Assembly (NCBI GenBank): GCA_965140415.1
Contig: OZ223209.1
Span: forward strand, 960,001-1,024,000
Source: Myxococcota bacterium
Lineage (GTDB): Bacteria > Myxococcota_A > SURF-8
DNA: 64,000 nucleotides
Direction of reading: 5' to 3'
Each line of letters starts with the position of its first letter. The stretch's first letter is position 1. Positions 19,133 to 28,888 of the stretch are shown here, piece by piece. A model generated the notes under the pieces. It was not told the DNA's origin. It saw only the letters and a program-made list of their open reading frames with translations, and did not search any database. The translations under genes and the position numbers were made by a program.

Positions 19133-20053
19133 ATGAACGTGACATATATCGACGATGAATTGGACGAAGTCTTCTCGAAGTCTGTTGTGACTCTTGGAAA
19201 TTTCGATGGCGTACACCGGGGACACCAGAAATTGCTGGAATTGACCCGGCTGCAAGCCGAGCGTCTGGACGCGCATTCGGTGGTGATTACCTTCGATCCG
19301 CATCCGGTCGAATTGTTCAAGCCGGAGATCTTTCAGAAAATCCAGCTTTTACCGGAAAAACTGGCGAGCATCGAAAAGAGCGGAGTGGATAACTGCGTGG
19401 TAATGGCATTCAATCGCCGCCTGGCCAATTACAGCCCACGTGACTTTGTCGAACAGTTTCTGGTGCAGCGCTTCGGGCTGAAACATATTTTCATCGGTTA
19501 CGATACCACCTTCGGCAAGCAGCGCGCCGGAGACCCGGAAATGATGAAACGCCTGGGGCTGGAATTCGGTTTCGAGACGACCATCGTTCCCGCCGTGCTT
19601 CACGAGGAGCAACCGATCAGTTCCAGCCGTATTCGGCGCTCGGTATTGGTCGGAGATGTGGAAGAGGCCGGGGAATTGTTAGGTCATCCTTTCCAGATCG
19701 GCGGGGAAGTCGTTCGCGGATTCGGTTGCGGTGGAAGCCTGCTCGGTTTTCCCACCGCCAACCTGAACACCGGGCGACGATTGACACCTAAAAAGGGCGT
19801 GTATGCCGTGCGCGTGCGTTTGGGAGAGGAATGCTATTCCGGTGCATTATCGGTTGGCACCAACCCGACCTTCGGTCAGCAGGAATTGAGCGTCGAAGTG
19901 CATATTCTCGATTTCGACCGGGATATCTACGGCGAGCAGTTGACGTTGGAATTCGTACGTCGTATGCGCGACGAAAAGCGTTTCGACGGCGTCGAGGCGT
20001 TGAAAGCGCAGTTGCGCCGCGATATCGAGGCGACCCGCCATGTTCTGCTCTAA
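19133..20053 (+). CDS. ribF: Bifunctional riboflavin kinase/FAD synthetase
   Basis: GNFDGVHRGH, ISSSRIR, LGFPTAN, GTNPTF, EVHILDF..DIYG. Confidence 0.96.
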   Translation: MNVTYIDDELDEVFSKSVVTLGNFDGVHRGHQKLLELTRLQAERLDAHSVVITFDPHPVELFKPEIFQKIQLLPEKLASIEKSGVDNCVVMAFNRRLANYSPRDFVEQFLVQRFGLKHIFIGYDTTFGKQRAGDPEMMKRLGLEFGFETTIVPAVLHEEQPISSSRIRRSVLVGDVEEAGELLGHPFQIGGEVVRGFGCGGSLLGFPTANLNTGRRLTPKKGVYAVRVRLGEECYSGALSVGTNPTFGQQELSVEVHILDFDRDIYGEQLTLEFVRRMRDEKRFDGVEALKAQLRRDIEATRHVLL

Positions 20054-20804
20054 ACGGGTGGCGGTGGTCGTTCCCTGCTATAACGTCCAGAGCACCATCG
20101 CGGATGTCGTTTCCGACATGCCTGCTTTTGTCGATTCCATTCTCGTCATCGACGATGCCAGCACGGATGAAACGCTGGCGCTATTGGAAGATCTTGATTT
20201 TCCCCGCGTAACGATAATTCGTCATCAAACCAACAAAGGGGTAGGCGCGTCGATAGCCAGCGGCTATCGTGAAGCGTTACGCCAGGGAGCGGCGGTAACG
20301 GCGGTTATGGCCGGTGACGGTCAGATGAATCCCGACGAGTTGGAATCGCTGATCGCTCCGGTTCTAAATGGCGAGGCGGACTACGCCAAAGGCAATCGCT
20401 TTTCCGGCGGTCAGGCCTTTCGCTGCATGCCGCTGTCGCGCTATGTGGGGAATGTAGCCCTTTCTGTACTCAATAAACCCGTTAGCGGTTACTGGTCTTT
20501 GTTCGACAGTCAGTGTGGGTATACTGCGATTTCTTCCGAGATGCTGCAACGTTTGGATCTGGACGCGATCTATCCGCGCTATGGCGTTCCAAACGATTTG
20601 CTGGCCAAACTGCATTGTTTGCAGGCGCGTGTCATCGAAGTGCCCGTAACACCGATTTATCCCCGCGCTCATTCGCAGATGAATCCTTTCCGTGTTCCTT
20701 TTTCCGTTGCTTATCTGTTGCTGCGCTTGTACGCCCGGCGCATGGGCGGGCGCTTGCAGCAATCGCCCCGGATCAAAGAAGATGTCGCCGATGCCTTGCG
20801 CTAA
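20040..20804 (+). CDS. GT2 glycosyltransferase (DPM1-like)
   Basis: VVVPCYN, IDDASTD, NKGVG, MAGDGQM, DSQCGY. Confidence 0.9.
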   Translation: MFCSKRVAVVVPCYNVQSTIADVVSDMPAFVDSILVIDDASTDETLALLEDLDFPRVTIIRHQTNKGVGASIASGYREALRQGAAVTAVMAGDGQMNPDELESLIAPVLNGEADYAKGNRFSGGQAFRCMPLSRYVGNVALSVLNKPVSGYWSLFDSQCGYTAISSEMLQRLDLDAIYPRYGVPNDLLAKLHCLQARVIEVPVTPIYPRAHSQMNPFRVPFSVAYLLLRLYARRMGGRLQQSPRIKEDVADALR

Positions 20805-21978
20805 CACACTGGTTTTAACCAGTTCGTTTCCGCGTTATGCGGGGGATTATGCCGGATGTTTCGTAGCCGAGCACGCTGCGCTGTATCGGAATCTGGGCGA
20901 GGTGCAGATTTTAGCGCCGGCGGATGCCCTGGTGGACCCCGGTTTCCAACCGCTGGAGTTACAGGTCACCCGATTTGCGCCACGCTATGAAGATCGCCCC
21001 GGACCCTTTTACGGTGCAGGTGGCCCCGAGAATATGAAGCAATTGGAACGGTTGCTGGAAGCGCCTTATGCCGCGCTGGCGATGCTGGCCAAGGCACACG
21101 AACTCGCGCCGAACGCCGGGCGCATCGTGTCGCATTGGATCGCCCCGGCTGGTGTCGTTGGCGCGACGCTGCGTCGCCCGGATCGACCTCACCAGCTTAT
21201 CGTTCACGGCGGCGCGTTTCACCTGCTCAAGCGTACCCGTTCAGGGCGCGCCCTTATTCGTTGGGTGTTAGAGCGAACGGATGACATTGTGGTTGTGGCC
21301 AGTTGCCTGAAACGGGAGTTGCTGGACGTTCTGGGGGTGGCGCAGAGACCTTACTGGGAGCCACGCATCCGCGTGTTGCCGATGGGACTGGAAGTCAGCC
21401 GCTTCGAGCGTCCCATGATGCCGAGCGCGGCGCAATCCGAATGCCGTCCGACGGTCTCCGTTGTGGGACGGCTGGTGCCGATCAAGGGAATGGATCGGCT
21501 GGTGCGAGCCCTGGAAGGAAGCGAGGCCAGACTACAGGTTGTGGGAGACGGTCCAGAGAGCCGCCGCTTGCAACGGATGTGTATACGAGCGGGTCTGGAT
21601 GCAACGTTTCACGGTATGCTGAACCAGTCGCATCTGGTGGATCTGTATCACCGGACGGACATTCTGGCGCTGCCGTCGCGCAATCTGTCGCAACGGCATG
21701 AAGGCGTGCCGCGTGTCTTGATGGAAGGCATGGCCGCCGGGGTGGCCGTTGCTGCCACGGATACGGGCGGCATTGGCGATCTGGTGCAACACGAGCGAAA
21801 CGGTCTGTTGGATTCGGGGAATATCGAGCAATTGCGTGAAAACCTGCAACGCCTGATCGGACAGCCGGAATTCCGGCGTAGTCTGGGCGAACGGGCGCAT
21901 CGCGACATCCGCAGGCTGGACTGGAACCGTCAGCAGCCATTATGGTTATCACCTTTTGAGGGTGCCCAGGCGGTGTAG
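20791..21978 (+). CDS. GT4 glycosyltransferase
   Basis: VGRLVPIKG, VGDGP, EGVPRVLMEGMAAG; start at ATG overlapping upstream gene. Confidence 0.88.
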   Translation: MPCANTLVLTSSFPRYAGDYAGCFVAEHAALYRNLGEVQILAPADALVDPGFQPLELQVTRFAPRYEDRPGPFYGAGGPENMKQLERLLEAPYAALAMLAKAHELAPNAGRIVSHWIAPAGVVGATLRRPDRPHQLIVHGGAFHLLKRTRSGRALIRWVLERTDDIVVVASCLKRELLDVLGVAQRPYWEPRIRVLPMGLEVSRFERPMMPSAAQSECRPTVSVVGRLVPIKGMDRLVRALEGSEARLQVVGDGPESRRLQRMCIRAGLDATFHGMLNQSHLVDLYHRTDILALPSRNLSQRHEGVPRVLMEGMAAGVAVAATDTGGIGDLVQHERNGLLDSGNIEQLRENLQRLIGQPEFRRSLGERAHRDIRRLDWNRQQPLWLSPFEGAQAV

Positions 21979-22019
21979 CCGGTCTTGAAAAGAATCTATC
22001 CGATAGGGAGACGAGTACG

Positions 22020-22778
22020 ATGAAAGATGCCTACCTGGCCCACTTTTTCCGCTATTTGTGGGATGAGAAGAACCTGCTGGTCATTCGCGGGGATGGCAGC
22101 CTTTTAATGGATGGTCGTGCAGCTTATAATCTGCGCTATGGCATCGCGCCGGACAAGCCGGAACAAGAACGTGAATTGGGGCGCTTGATGACGGCCTGCG
22201 GGCTGGCTGCCGTTTCTTTATCCGAACGGGAAAGTTGGGGCTGGTCGGTTACGCATCGGCAAATCACGAGCGGCTACTTTTGCGGTGTGGAGCCGGAAGG
22301 CATGGTCTGCGGCAGCTTGCGTGAAAGCGCCGCATCCGCACAGGGGGTCGTCGTTCAACGACAGAAACCGGAAGAGGAGTTGACCCAGAGCCATTTCATT
22401 CCGGAACATGAGGATGTCATAGAGAGTGTGACGCAATACTTTGCGGTGTCCGAGCAGGTCGCTTCGCGCCTTGTGATAGTGGAGCAGGGAGAAAGCATCC
22501 TGCTGCGTGCGCTTCCGGGAGGCCAGCTGGAAGAATTCGCCGCCTTATCCGACGAGCAGATCAGCGAGCTGGTGAAACAGCAGATTTTACAGGAGCAACT
22601 CAAGCAATTGGATGAAGTGCTGCTGTTCTATGCCTGTCGTTGCGATGAAGACATGATTCTAAATATGATTCTCAACCTGCCTCAAGCGCAGCGGGAGGAA
22701 TTGTGGGGTGATGAGACAAGCCTGCACGTAGATTGTCCCCGTTGCGGTCGCGGTTATACGTTGAATCGTCAGGGATAA
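22020..22778 (+). CDS. Hsp33 (HslO)-like redox chaperone, divergent
   Basis: YFAVSEQ and C-terminal CRC...CPRCG Zn-switch motif. Confidence 0.7.
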   Translation: MKDAYLAHFFRYLWDEKNLLVIRGDGSLLMDGRAAYNLRYGIAPDKPEQERELGRLMTACGLAAVSLSERESWGWSVTHRQITSGYFCGVEPEGMVCGSLRESAASAQGVVVQRQKPEEELTQSHFIPEHEDVIESVTQYFAVSEQVASRLVIVEQGESILLRALPGGQLEEFAALSDEQISELVKQQILQEQLKQLDEVLLFYACRCDEDMILNMILNLPQAQREELWGDETSLHVDCPRCGRGYTLNRQG

Positions 22779-22781
22779 GGA

Positions 22782-23444
22782 TTAGTCGTTTTCTAAAAAG
22801 AAAGAGTTGATGTAGTTCAAGAAGACGTCTTTATCGTGGCCGAAGAAACGCACGATTCGCAGGCCGAAACCCGCTTCGGTGTTTTTCTTTTTCGCATCTT
22901 CCTCCGAAACGCGGTACATGATTTCTCCCGTCAGGTAAACCATCTTATTCACGTCCGCCAATTCGACTTTGATTTCCACATGCGAGCCGATTTCCACATC
23001 GAGAGTGGAGGCGATGAACATGCCGGTGCGGCTGATGTTCAGCGTATATTTTTCAACTAGTTCGCGTGGATGGTTGAAGGTGACTTTAAATACCTTGGCG
23101 ATGCGTGGCTCGCCGCGCATTTCGGCCAGTTCGTCGCTGACCTGATTGAAGAATTCCGTGTATTCTTCGGGGGCGTTGATCAGCTTGATTCCCATGTCGG
23201 ATTTGATGTTGCTTTGAATCGCTCGCCGCGACACCCAGGCGACTTCGCCTTTCATGCGCAAGGGTTTTCCATCCGCTTCGAGAATAATGTTCAATATGGT
23301 TTTGGCGCGGTAGAGCTTGGGCGAGGTAATTCCCAGTCCACCAATGGAAACGTCTTTAATGGCACCTTCATAATATTTATTCGCCTCCGTGCCGAAAAAC
23401 ACACGAAGTCGTTTGGAAACCCGCTTTTCATGTCGTCCGCCCAC
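22782..23444 (-). CDS. Tandem PilZ-domain protein
   Basis: Two RxxxR...D/NxSxxG units (RHEKR...DVSIGG; RGEPR...NISRTG). Confidence 0.88.
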   Translation of the reverse strand: MGGRHEKRVSKRLRVFFGTEANKYYEGAIKDVSIGGLGITSPKLYRAKTILNIILEADGKPLRMKGEVAWVSRRAIQSNIKSDMGIKLINAPEEYTEFFNQVSDELAEMRGEPRIAKVFKVTFNHPRELVEKYTLNISRTGMFIASTLDVEIGSHVEIKVELADVNKMVYLTGEIMYRVSEEDAKKKNTEAGFGLRIVRFFGHDKDVFLNYINSFFLEND

Positions 23445-23618
23445 ACCAAACTCCTTAACAAAAAGCCGCTAAAAACGGCCTTGTGTTGTGCGTACCGCTT
23501 TTACTGATGGAATCTTCCAAAAACGGTGTCTTTTCATTATATCCAAAAGAGGAGGTGAAATCAAGATTCTTCAAAGAATATCAAACAGATTAGAGACGAA
23601 CACCTGAAGGTGAGAGGA

Positions 23619-23658
23619 GGGTGGCCCGTCCCCGCTGCTTTGCCTCAGCGGGGACGGG
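23619..23658. repeat. GC-rich hairpin preceded by GGGTGG (REP-like or terminator)
   Basis: 13-bp perfect stem CCCGTCCCCGCTG/CAGCGGGGACGGG. Confidence 0.5.
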
Positions 23659-23678
23659 TCGATGCACCGCCACGTGCA

Positions 23679-24434
23679 TTACAAGACGCCGGGTATCAAG
23701 GCTTTGCGTTGACGAGGATAGTCCAAGAAAGCCTGCTGATACCAGCGATGGTGGGCAAGGGCTCGGGGAACCAGGTTGGCGGCAGTCCACACGGCGAAAA
23801 GCAAACCCGGCAAAGACCAGGTCAGAATCGCCCAACCGATCCACTCCATCAGTTCTCCGAGATAATTCGGGCAGGAAATCCAACGAAAGAGTCCTGCCTG
23901 AGGTATTTTGTATTCCTTCTCTCCCGGCTTGCGCAGGTGCAACAGGATATGATCGCTTGAGATGTTGATCACGAATCCACATGCAAACAGCACGGTGCCG
24001 GCGATGAAACGCAGATCGAAGAGCCAGGAAACACTTAATTCCGGTCCCAGCGTAAACAGGTAGCGCCCCTGCGTGTAACCGTTGACGAGATTGAAGAACA
24101 CTCCCATTGCAACGATCGAAAGCGGCATGGGAGCGCTTGTGCGCAGCCTGAACGGATAGATCAGGGAGCGTTGCAGATAGTGCAACAGCCAGATCAGCAG
24201 AAAGCCCATTGCCACCAGATTGTCCGTTCGGTTGCCGATTAAAAAGAACAACAGCATCGAAAAGGCGGCGGGGGTTTCCATAAGCAGCCAGCCCAGGCGA
24301 TTGTTCACCATTGGCCCCCAGCCTTCACGCGCGTGACGTCCATAGGGCGCGTCGATGAACAGCAGGGAAATGAACGTGATTGCCGCAACGGCAGCCCAGC
24401 CTGCAAGCAGGTATGAAAAGAGTTCCTGTTCCAT
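23679..24434 (-). CDS. 3-oxo-5-alpha-steroid 4-dehydrogenase (SRD5A/DET2) family membrane protein
   Basis: APYGRH, GWLLME, HYLQRS.IYP, YKIPQAGLF..ISCPNYLGE, NLVPRALAHHRWY. Confidence 0.9.
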   Translation of the reverse strand: MEQELFSYLLAGWAAVAAITFISLLFIDAPYGRHAREGWGPMVNNRLGWLLMETPAAFSMLLFFLIGNRTDNLVAMGFLLIWLLHYLQRSLIYPFRLRTSAPMPLSIVAMGVFFNLVNGYTQGRYLFTLGPELSVSWLFDLRFIAGTVLFACGFVINISSDHILLHLRKPGEKEYKIPQAGLFRWISCPNYLGELMEWIGWAILTWSLPGLLFAVWTAANLVPRALAHHRWYQQAFLDYPRQRKALIPGVL

Positions 24435-24446
24435 CGTTTTTCGTGT

Positions 24447-25235
24447 TTAACGACCCCACTTCAGTTTTCGGACGGAAAATTCGGATTCCTTCAAACCTTG
24501 ATTGGCTTTGAATTCCTGGAGTTCCAGGATGGTTTTGTGTCCGGTCAATTCGTCGGTCATGGTCACCACACTGAAGCGGTCGAAACCACAATCCCAGTGC
24601 TTCATCTTGTCGTTGAACAGGGTCTTGTAATGTTTGCCGTCGCTGTTGTAATACTCGGCTTTTCGTTGATTGAAGTTTTCTTTCAAAATGGTGAAGAGCA
24701 GGTAGTTATACACAGCCTTTTTGTCCGGCTTGGGTGTGCAGCGGATGACCCACTCGGTTTCGTTTTCCGATTCCAGCGTCGGAACGCACATTTCAGTCCA
24801 GCTTCCACCGGCAATATCGTCGTTACTGAAGTCGGAGCCAGCAAAGGTCTGGTTCATGCCGTGGGCGGCTACTCGGCGCACTTTCTTGAAGCCGGGCAGG
24901 TAGACATACACGTTGTTGCGGTCTTCGGTCAGCATGGCCATGCCCTTCATTTCACCGGTCTGGAAGCGAATAAGGCGTTTTTCGCTGCCGATCTGGCGAA
25001 TGTTGAAGGTGTAGCTCTTTTCGGTTCCGTCTACGTCCACCACGGTCATGATGTTGGTCATTTCCTGGTCTTTGTAACCATTGATGGTTTTATCCATTTC
25101 AGCCAGGATCTGTTCCGGGGTTGCCTTAGCGGTATCGACCGTCGATTTCGCCTGGGCGTTGGTCGGGCTTGCCGCGAACCATGCAAACAGGCAACCAAGG
25201 AGTAACAGTGTTGAGATAGAGCGGGTAACGGACAT
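24447..25235 (-). CDS. LolA-like outer-membrane lipoprotein-sorting family protein
   Basis: Signal peptide; YVYLPGFKKVRRV, FAGSDFSNDD motifs; RBS GGAG. Confidence 0.75.
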   Translation of the reverse strand: MSVTRSISTLLLLGCLFAWFAASPTNAQAKSTVDTAKATPEQILAEMDKTINGYKDQEMTNIMTVVDVDGTEKSYTFNIRQIGSEKRLIRFQTGEMKGMAMLTEDRNNVYVYLPGFKKVRRVAAHGMNQTFAGSDFSNDDIAGGSWTEMCVPTLESENETEWVIRCTPKPDKKAVYNYLLFTILKENFNQRKAEYYNSDGKHYKTLFNDKMKHWDCGFDRFSVVTMTDELTGHKTILELQEFKANQGLKESEFSVRKLKWGR

Positions 25236-25357
25236 AAATATCTCCATGTGTTTTGGACATCCCTTTTCAGACAACTACTGGTCACTGGATTTCGAATGGT
25301 CTGTACCGGTCATTACTGCGGAATGGGGATGCCTTTGGATTGACAAAGATACAAAAC

Positions 25358-25397
25358 AGAATGACATGCCAGTCTAGTAATACTGACATGTCATTCT
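25358..25397. promoter_or_regulatory. Double palindromic operator candidate
   Basis: 16-bp inverted repeat (15/16), each arm containing TGACATG(T/C)CA, between divergent genes. Confidence 0.6.
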
Positions 25398-25547
25398 AGT
25401 TTTTAAGATCCAACTGTCAAGCTCTTTTTTTTTATGGTTGTTGGAGCAGTGAACAATGCTGGTGTACATAAAAGAATTTACAAATTCTTAATGTCGCCGT
25501 ATATTTTTTGCAGTGCTGAACTAAACTCTTGGTAATGCGAGGTAATA

Positions 25548-26807
25548 ATGCAAAAAGCACGCTTGATGGTTTTCGGGCTTCTGATTCTGGTTTTATGTTG
25601 GGCTTGTACCGAAAGCGATGATGATCCCATCACGGATGGCGATGAACTGACCGGTGATAGCGATCAAACGATCGATGGCGATAGCGATGCGGAATTGGAA
25701 ACGGATGGAGACGTTGAGGCGGAGTTCCTTTTAGCCGAAGAACTCGGTCCCTATAATATCGGTGGATTCCGCTATACGTTCACGGAGCCGGCACGGGATC
25801 GCACGCTGCCGGGTACGGTTTGGTATCCTACGGAAGTCGAAGGTGAGGAGCAGTTGCGTTATCAAGGCGCGTTGCCCTTTGGAAACTGTCAGAAAGAAGT
25901 GGATCCTGCACCGGGCGGTCCCTTCCCATTGATTATTTTCTCTCATGGCCATCAGGCTTTCGATGCGCAATCCTATTTCTTGACCGAGCATCTGGCATCC
26001 CACGGCTACATCATTGCCGCCTGCGATCATGTGGAAGACACTACGGCAACCTCCGAAGATCAATACCTGGCAAAGAGCGCCATGGATCGTCCGAAGGATG
26101 TTTCGTTGCTGATCGATACCTTATTGGAATGGAACGAAACGCCTGGCCATATGCTGGAAGGCAAAATCAACCCGGAGCAGATCGGCGTGGCCGGTCATAG
26201 CTTTGGGGCTTATACCAGCATCGCGGTATTGGGACCACCTGTGAACATCCAGGACTTCGTGGATCGCTGCACTGAAATCGGCGAGGAAAACTGGAAACTG
26301 GATATGCGTTTCTGCAAGGAAATGCGCGATGCGGACATGTCTTATGTGGAGCATTGTACACCTTGCGTGCAGCACGATACGCGAATCAAGGCTTCGGTGC
26401 CGATGACTCCGGCGGCGTTGCAGGTTTTCGTTCCCGGCAGTTTTGCCGATATCGATGTGCCGGTTTTGGCGATGGCTGGTGAACGCGACACAACCGCCAC
26501 GCCGAACGAGGAAGTCAAGCCCTTTTTCGAGCAGGCTACTCATCCGGAAACCATGTATTGGGAACTGGCCAATGCAGGGCACTTCGCTTTTTCCAATATG
26601 TGCGACATTCTGGGGTCGAGCGAATTCGGCCTGGAATATGGATGTGGAGAAGGCTATATCGATTCGGAGCGTGCCTGGAACCTGATCAACACTGCCACCT
26701 TGGCATTTTTCAACATTCACTTACGCAACGACGAGCGGTATCGAAAATATTTCGAACAGGATTATTTGGATACGGCACCTGAAATTACGTTGCTGAAAAA
26801 ACAGTAA
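25548..26807 (+). CDS. Lipoprotein alpha/beta hydrolase (PAF-acetylhydrolase/dienelactone hydrolase-like)
   Basis: Lipobox CWAC, DGD linker, PLIIFSHG, DRPKDV, GHSFGA nucleophile, AGHFAF. Confidence 0.88.
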   Translation: MQKARLMVFGLLILVLCWACTESDDDPITDGDELTGDSDQTIDGDSDAELETDGDVEAEFLLAEELGPYNIGGFRYTFTEPARDRTLPGTVWYPTEVEGEEQLRYQGALPFGNCQKEVDPAPGGPFPLIIFSHGHQAFDAQSYFLTEHLASHGYIIAACDHVEDTTATSEDQYLAKSAMDRPKDVSLLIDTLLEWNETPGHMLEGKINPEQIGVAGHSFGAYTSIAVLGPPVNIQDFVDRCTEIGEENWKLDMRFCKEMRDADMSYVEHCTPCVQHDTRIKASVPMTPAALQVFVPGSFADIDVPVLAMAGERDTTATPNEEVKPFFEQATHPETMYWELANAGHFAFSNMCDILGSSEFGLEYGCGEGYIDSERAWNLINTATLAFFNIHLRNDERYRKYFEQDYLDTAPEITLLKKQ

Positions 26808-27157
26808 GATCGTTGTTCCAAGACGGGGGACAGAGCGTCGCCCGTCGGAAGATTGTGGCTGGAACGAGTTGATCGTTCACTAGTGGGGATAGTGTCTTCT
26901 TGTCCTAAGTCTTTATTGTTGCAATACATATGGGAATAATCGGATATGCTATGGCGGATTATACGCCGTGGTTGATCGCTGTTCCCGAAATAATCTTTCG
27001 GTCCTTTGCCGATCCCCGGCAAGGGTCAAACAGGCACGCTTGCAGGCCGGGAAAAAGAGCTAATTACATGATGGTTATGATTATAATAGGACGTACTGTG
27101 TCCCACGAGTAGTGCGCAATGTTATTCGTTAGGTGATAGTAGGCAGCGGAGGATAAC

Positions 27158-27544
27158 ATGCCACGCCGAAAAGCGAATGGGAGAGAGTACATCGAGTTCG
27201 GAAAGCGGGTTCGATCGTTGCGCAAGGCTTTGGGTTGGTCCCAGGTGGACATGGCCGAGCATGCCAGTTTGAGCCCAAGCTATCTGGCGGAATTGGAACG
27301 AGGTGGACGAAATCCATCCTTGGAAACGATTCTGAACTTGGCGGCAGCCTTGAATGTCAATTCGGGCTATCTGGTCGATGGCTTGCGCTACGACCCACCG
27401 GCGGGTTTGGAAACCGTTGCGGAAACATGGCCATCGATGAGCGATGACAAGCGCGCGCTGGTGCTTCAGCTTGTTTCCGTGCTGGTTTCGGATTCATCCA
27501 CCTTCGGGAATATCCCCAGAAATCGTCCCAAGACATCTGCGTAG
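27158..27544 (+). CDS. XRE-family HTH transcriptional regulator
   Basis: FGKRVRSLR...SQ..MAE...LSPSYLAELERGGRNPSL; RBS GGAGG. Confidence 0.88.
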   Translation: MPRRKANGREYIEFGKRVRSLRKALGWSQVDMAEHASLSPSYLAELERGGRNPSLETILNLAAALNVNSGYLVDGLRYDPPAGLETVAETWPSMSDDKRALVLQLVSVLVSDSSTFGNIPRNRPKTSA

Positions 27545-27998
27545 GCGTTTTCAAGTTCGGCTTGTAACCAGGCGCTTTGTGCGGCGGAGCAACGAACGAA
27601 GGTGATTCGTTCGTTCTGCTTCATTTTGGGAGTCCAGTTTTCTGCCACCCACCACTTGCCTTCGATCTTCATGAAAGGGAACGTCTGCATTTGGCACCTC
27701 ATTGCAGTTGCTGCATGGTGTTCACGCGAAATTCCGTCATTGCCGCTACAGACTTACAATCCGGCTGACAAGCTTATTCTACAATGATTCCAAAAATTAA
27801 TAAACGACAATCAACGTCGTTATTATAAAATCTCTATAATCTTTTTTAATTACAATTGGAACTGTTACTTTTGGGGGGAGACTTGGGACAGAAGCAAGTC
27901 AAAGTTGGCAAAATGCAAACTCGCCGTTTTCACGATGTTTTTCGGATGGCTTACGTCTCGCCGCTGCCAAAAGACATCACTGATAATGAATCATAACT

Positions 27999-28568
27999 TT
28001 ATTCTTCGGTGGGATCAGGAGTTTGCTTTTCGATACGTTCTTGCAGTTCACTTAGAATCCGCAGGGTTTCATGATGCAGAATTCGCGAAAATTTTCCGTT
28101 TAATCCTTCCAATTCGATGCGGATGCCTTCTTCCAATGCTGCAAGATCATTGGTATTTAAATAGGCTACCAGGCATTGCCGGAAGTCCTCGATTAGCGCC
28201 TGTACCGCCCGTTCGGTTGCATTGTTAAGGGGTTGAGAAGCTTGTGGTTGCACGAACTGAGTGCCCTGTTTTTGCTTCCGCTCGATTAGAAGGCGGCTTT
28301 CACTTTTAAGCATTTGGATAAAGCGCTCGTTGGCGCGTTGCATATCGACCTGGATGGACATTTGCCAGGCATGCGCATCACCCAGGTGTTCTTGCAGATG
28401 GGTTTGGATATCGTTGCGATAGTCGGCGAGCAGGGTCTGAATATCGGCTTCGATCGTACCCGGTGCCGGTTGCTGCATCGTGGTGGTATCTTCCGCTTTT
28501 TGGGAGGATTGGGTGGTGGCACAGGACAACAGCGCCAACGTCAGCACGAGCAGCAATAAGAATCTCAT
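27999..28568 (-). CDS. Hypothetical helical lipoprotein
   Basis: MRFLLLLVLTLALLSC lipobox; longer ORF-track start overlaps the next gene and is rejected. Confidence 0.7.
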   Translation of the reverse strand: MRFLLLLVLTLALLSCATTQSSQKAEDTTTMQQPAPGTIEADIQTLLADYRNDIQTHLQEHLGDAHAWQMSIQVDMQRANERFIQMLKSESRLLIERKQKQGTQFVQPQASQPLNNATERAVQALIEDFRQCLVAYLNTNDLAALEEGIRIELEGLNGKFSRILHHETLRILSELQERIEKQTPDPTEE

Positions 28569-28888
28569 GTACACTTCCAATCCCGGTATTTTCCGTAACA
28601 GATTGACGATCAAGCGGTTCCGATGCTGCGGACTATAGCGCATCGAAGGCTGCGAGTAAATAGAAAGTGACGGATCTCGGGGGCATTCGCAGAAGGATAG
28701 GAGCTTTGCGCCAACGGAATGAGTTCCTAGCGCTGTCGCTTTCATGCTGCGAAAAGATGCTTCGAATCCGTTGTACTTTGCTGTCAATTGCCTTATAATC
28801 GCGAACCTTTGGCGGCAGACTAGCGCCGCTTGACTTTCCGACCCGAACCGCAATCGGGATGCGGGGAACGAAAGAAAGAGGATGATCG

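Noticed and set aside
19718-19740. RibF reads GFGCGG where GxxRG is usual (TGC vs CGC)
   Set aside because: One transition; cannot separate polymorphism from sequencing error without reads
26822-26846. Imperfect hairpin after the hydrolase gene; similar weak ones at 47550-47575 and 50135-50161
   Set aside because: Single degenerate copies; cannot assign as REP or terminator
27082-27544. XRE protein as a restriction-modification controller (GGAC-N7-GTCC upstream)
   Set aside because: No nuclease, methylase or toxin gene adjacent; palindrome too short
27466-27702. 78-aa minus-strand ORF
   Set aside because: Overlaps the XRE gene, no RBS or recognisable motif
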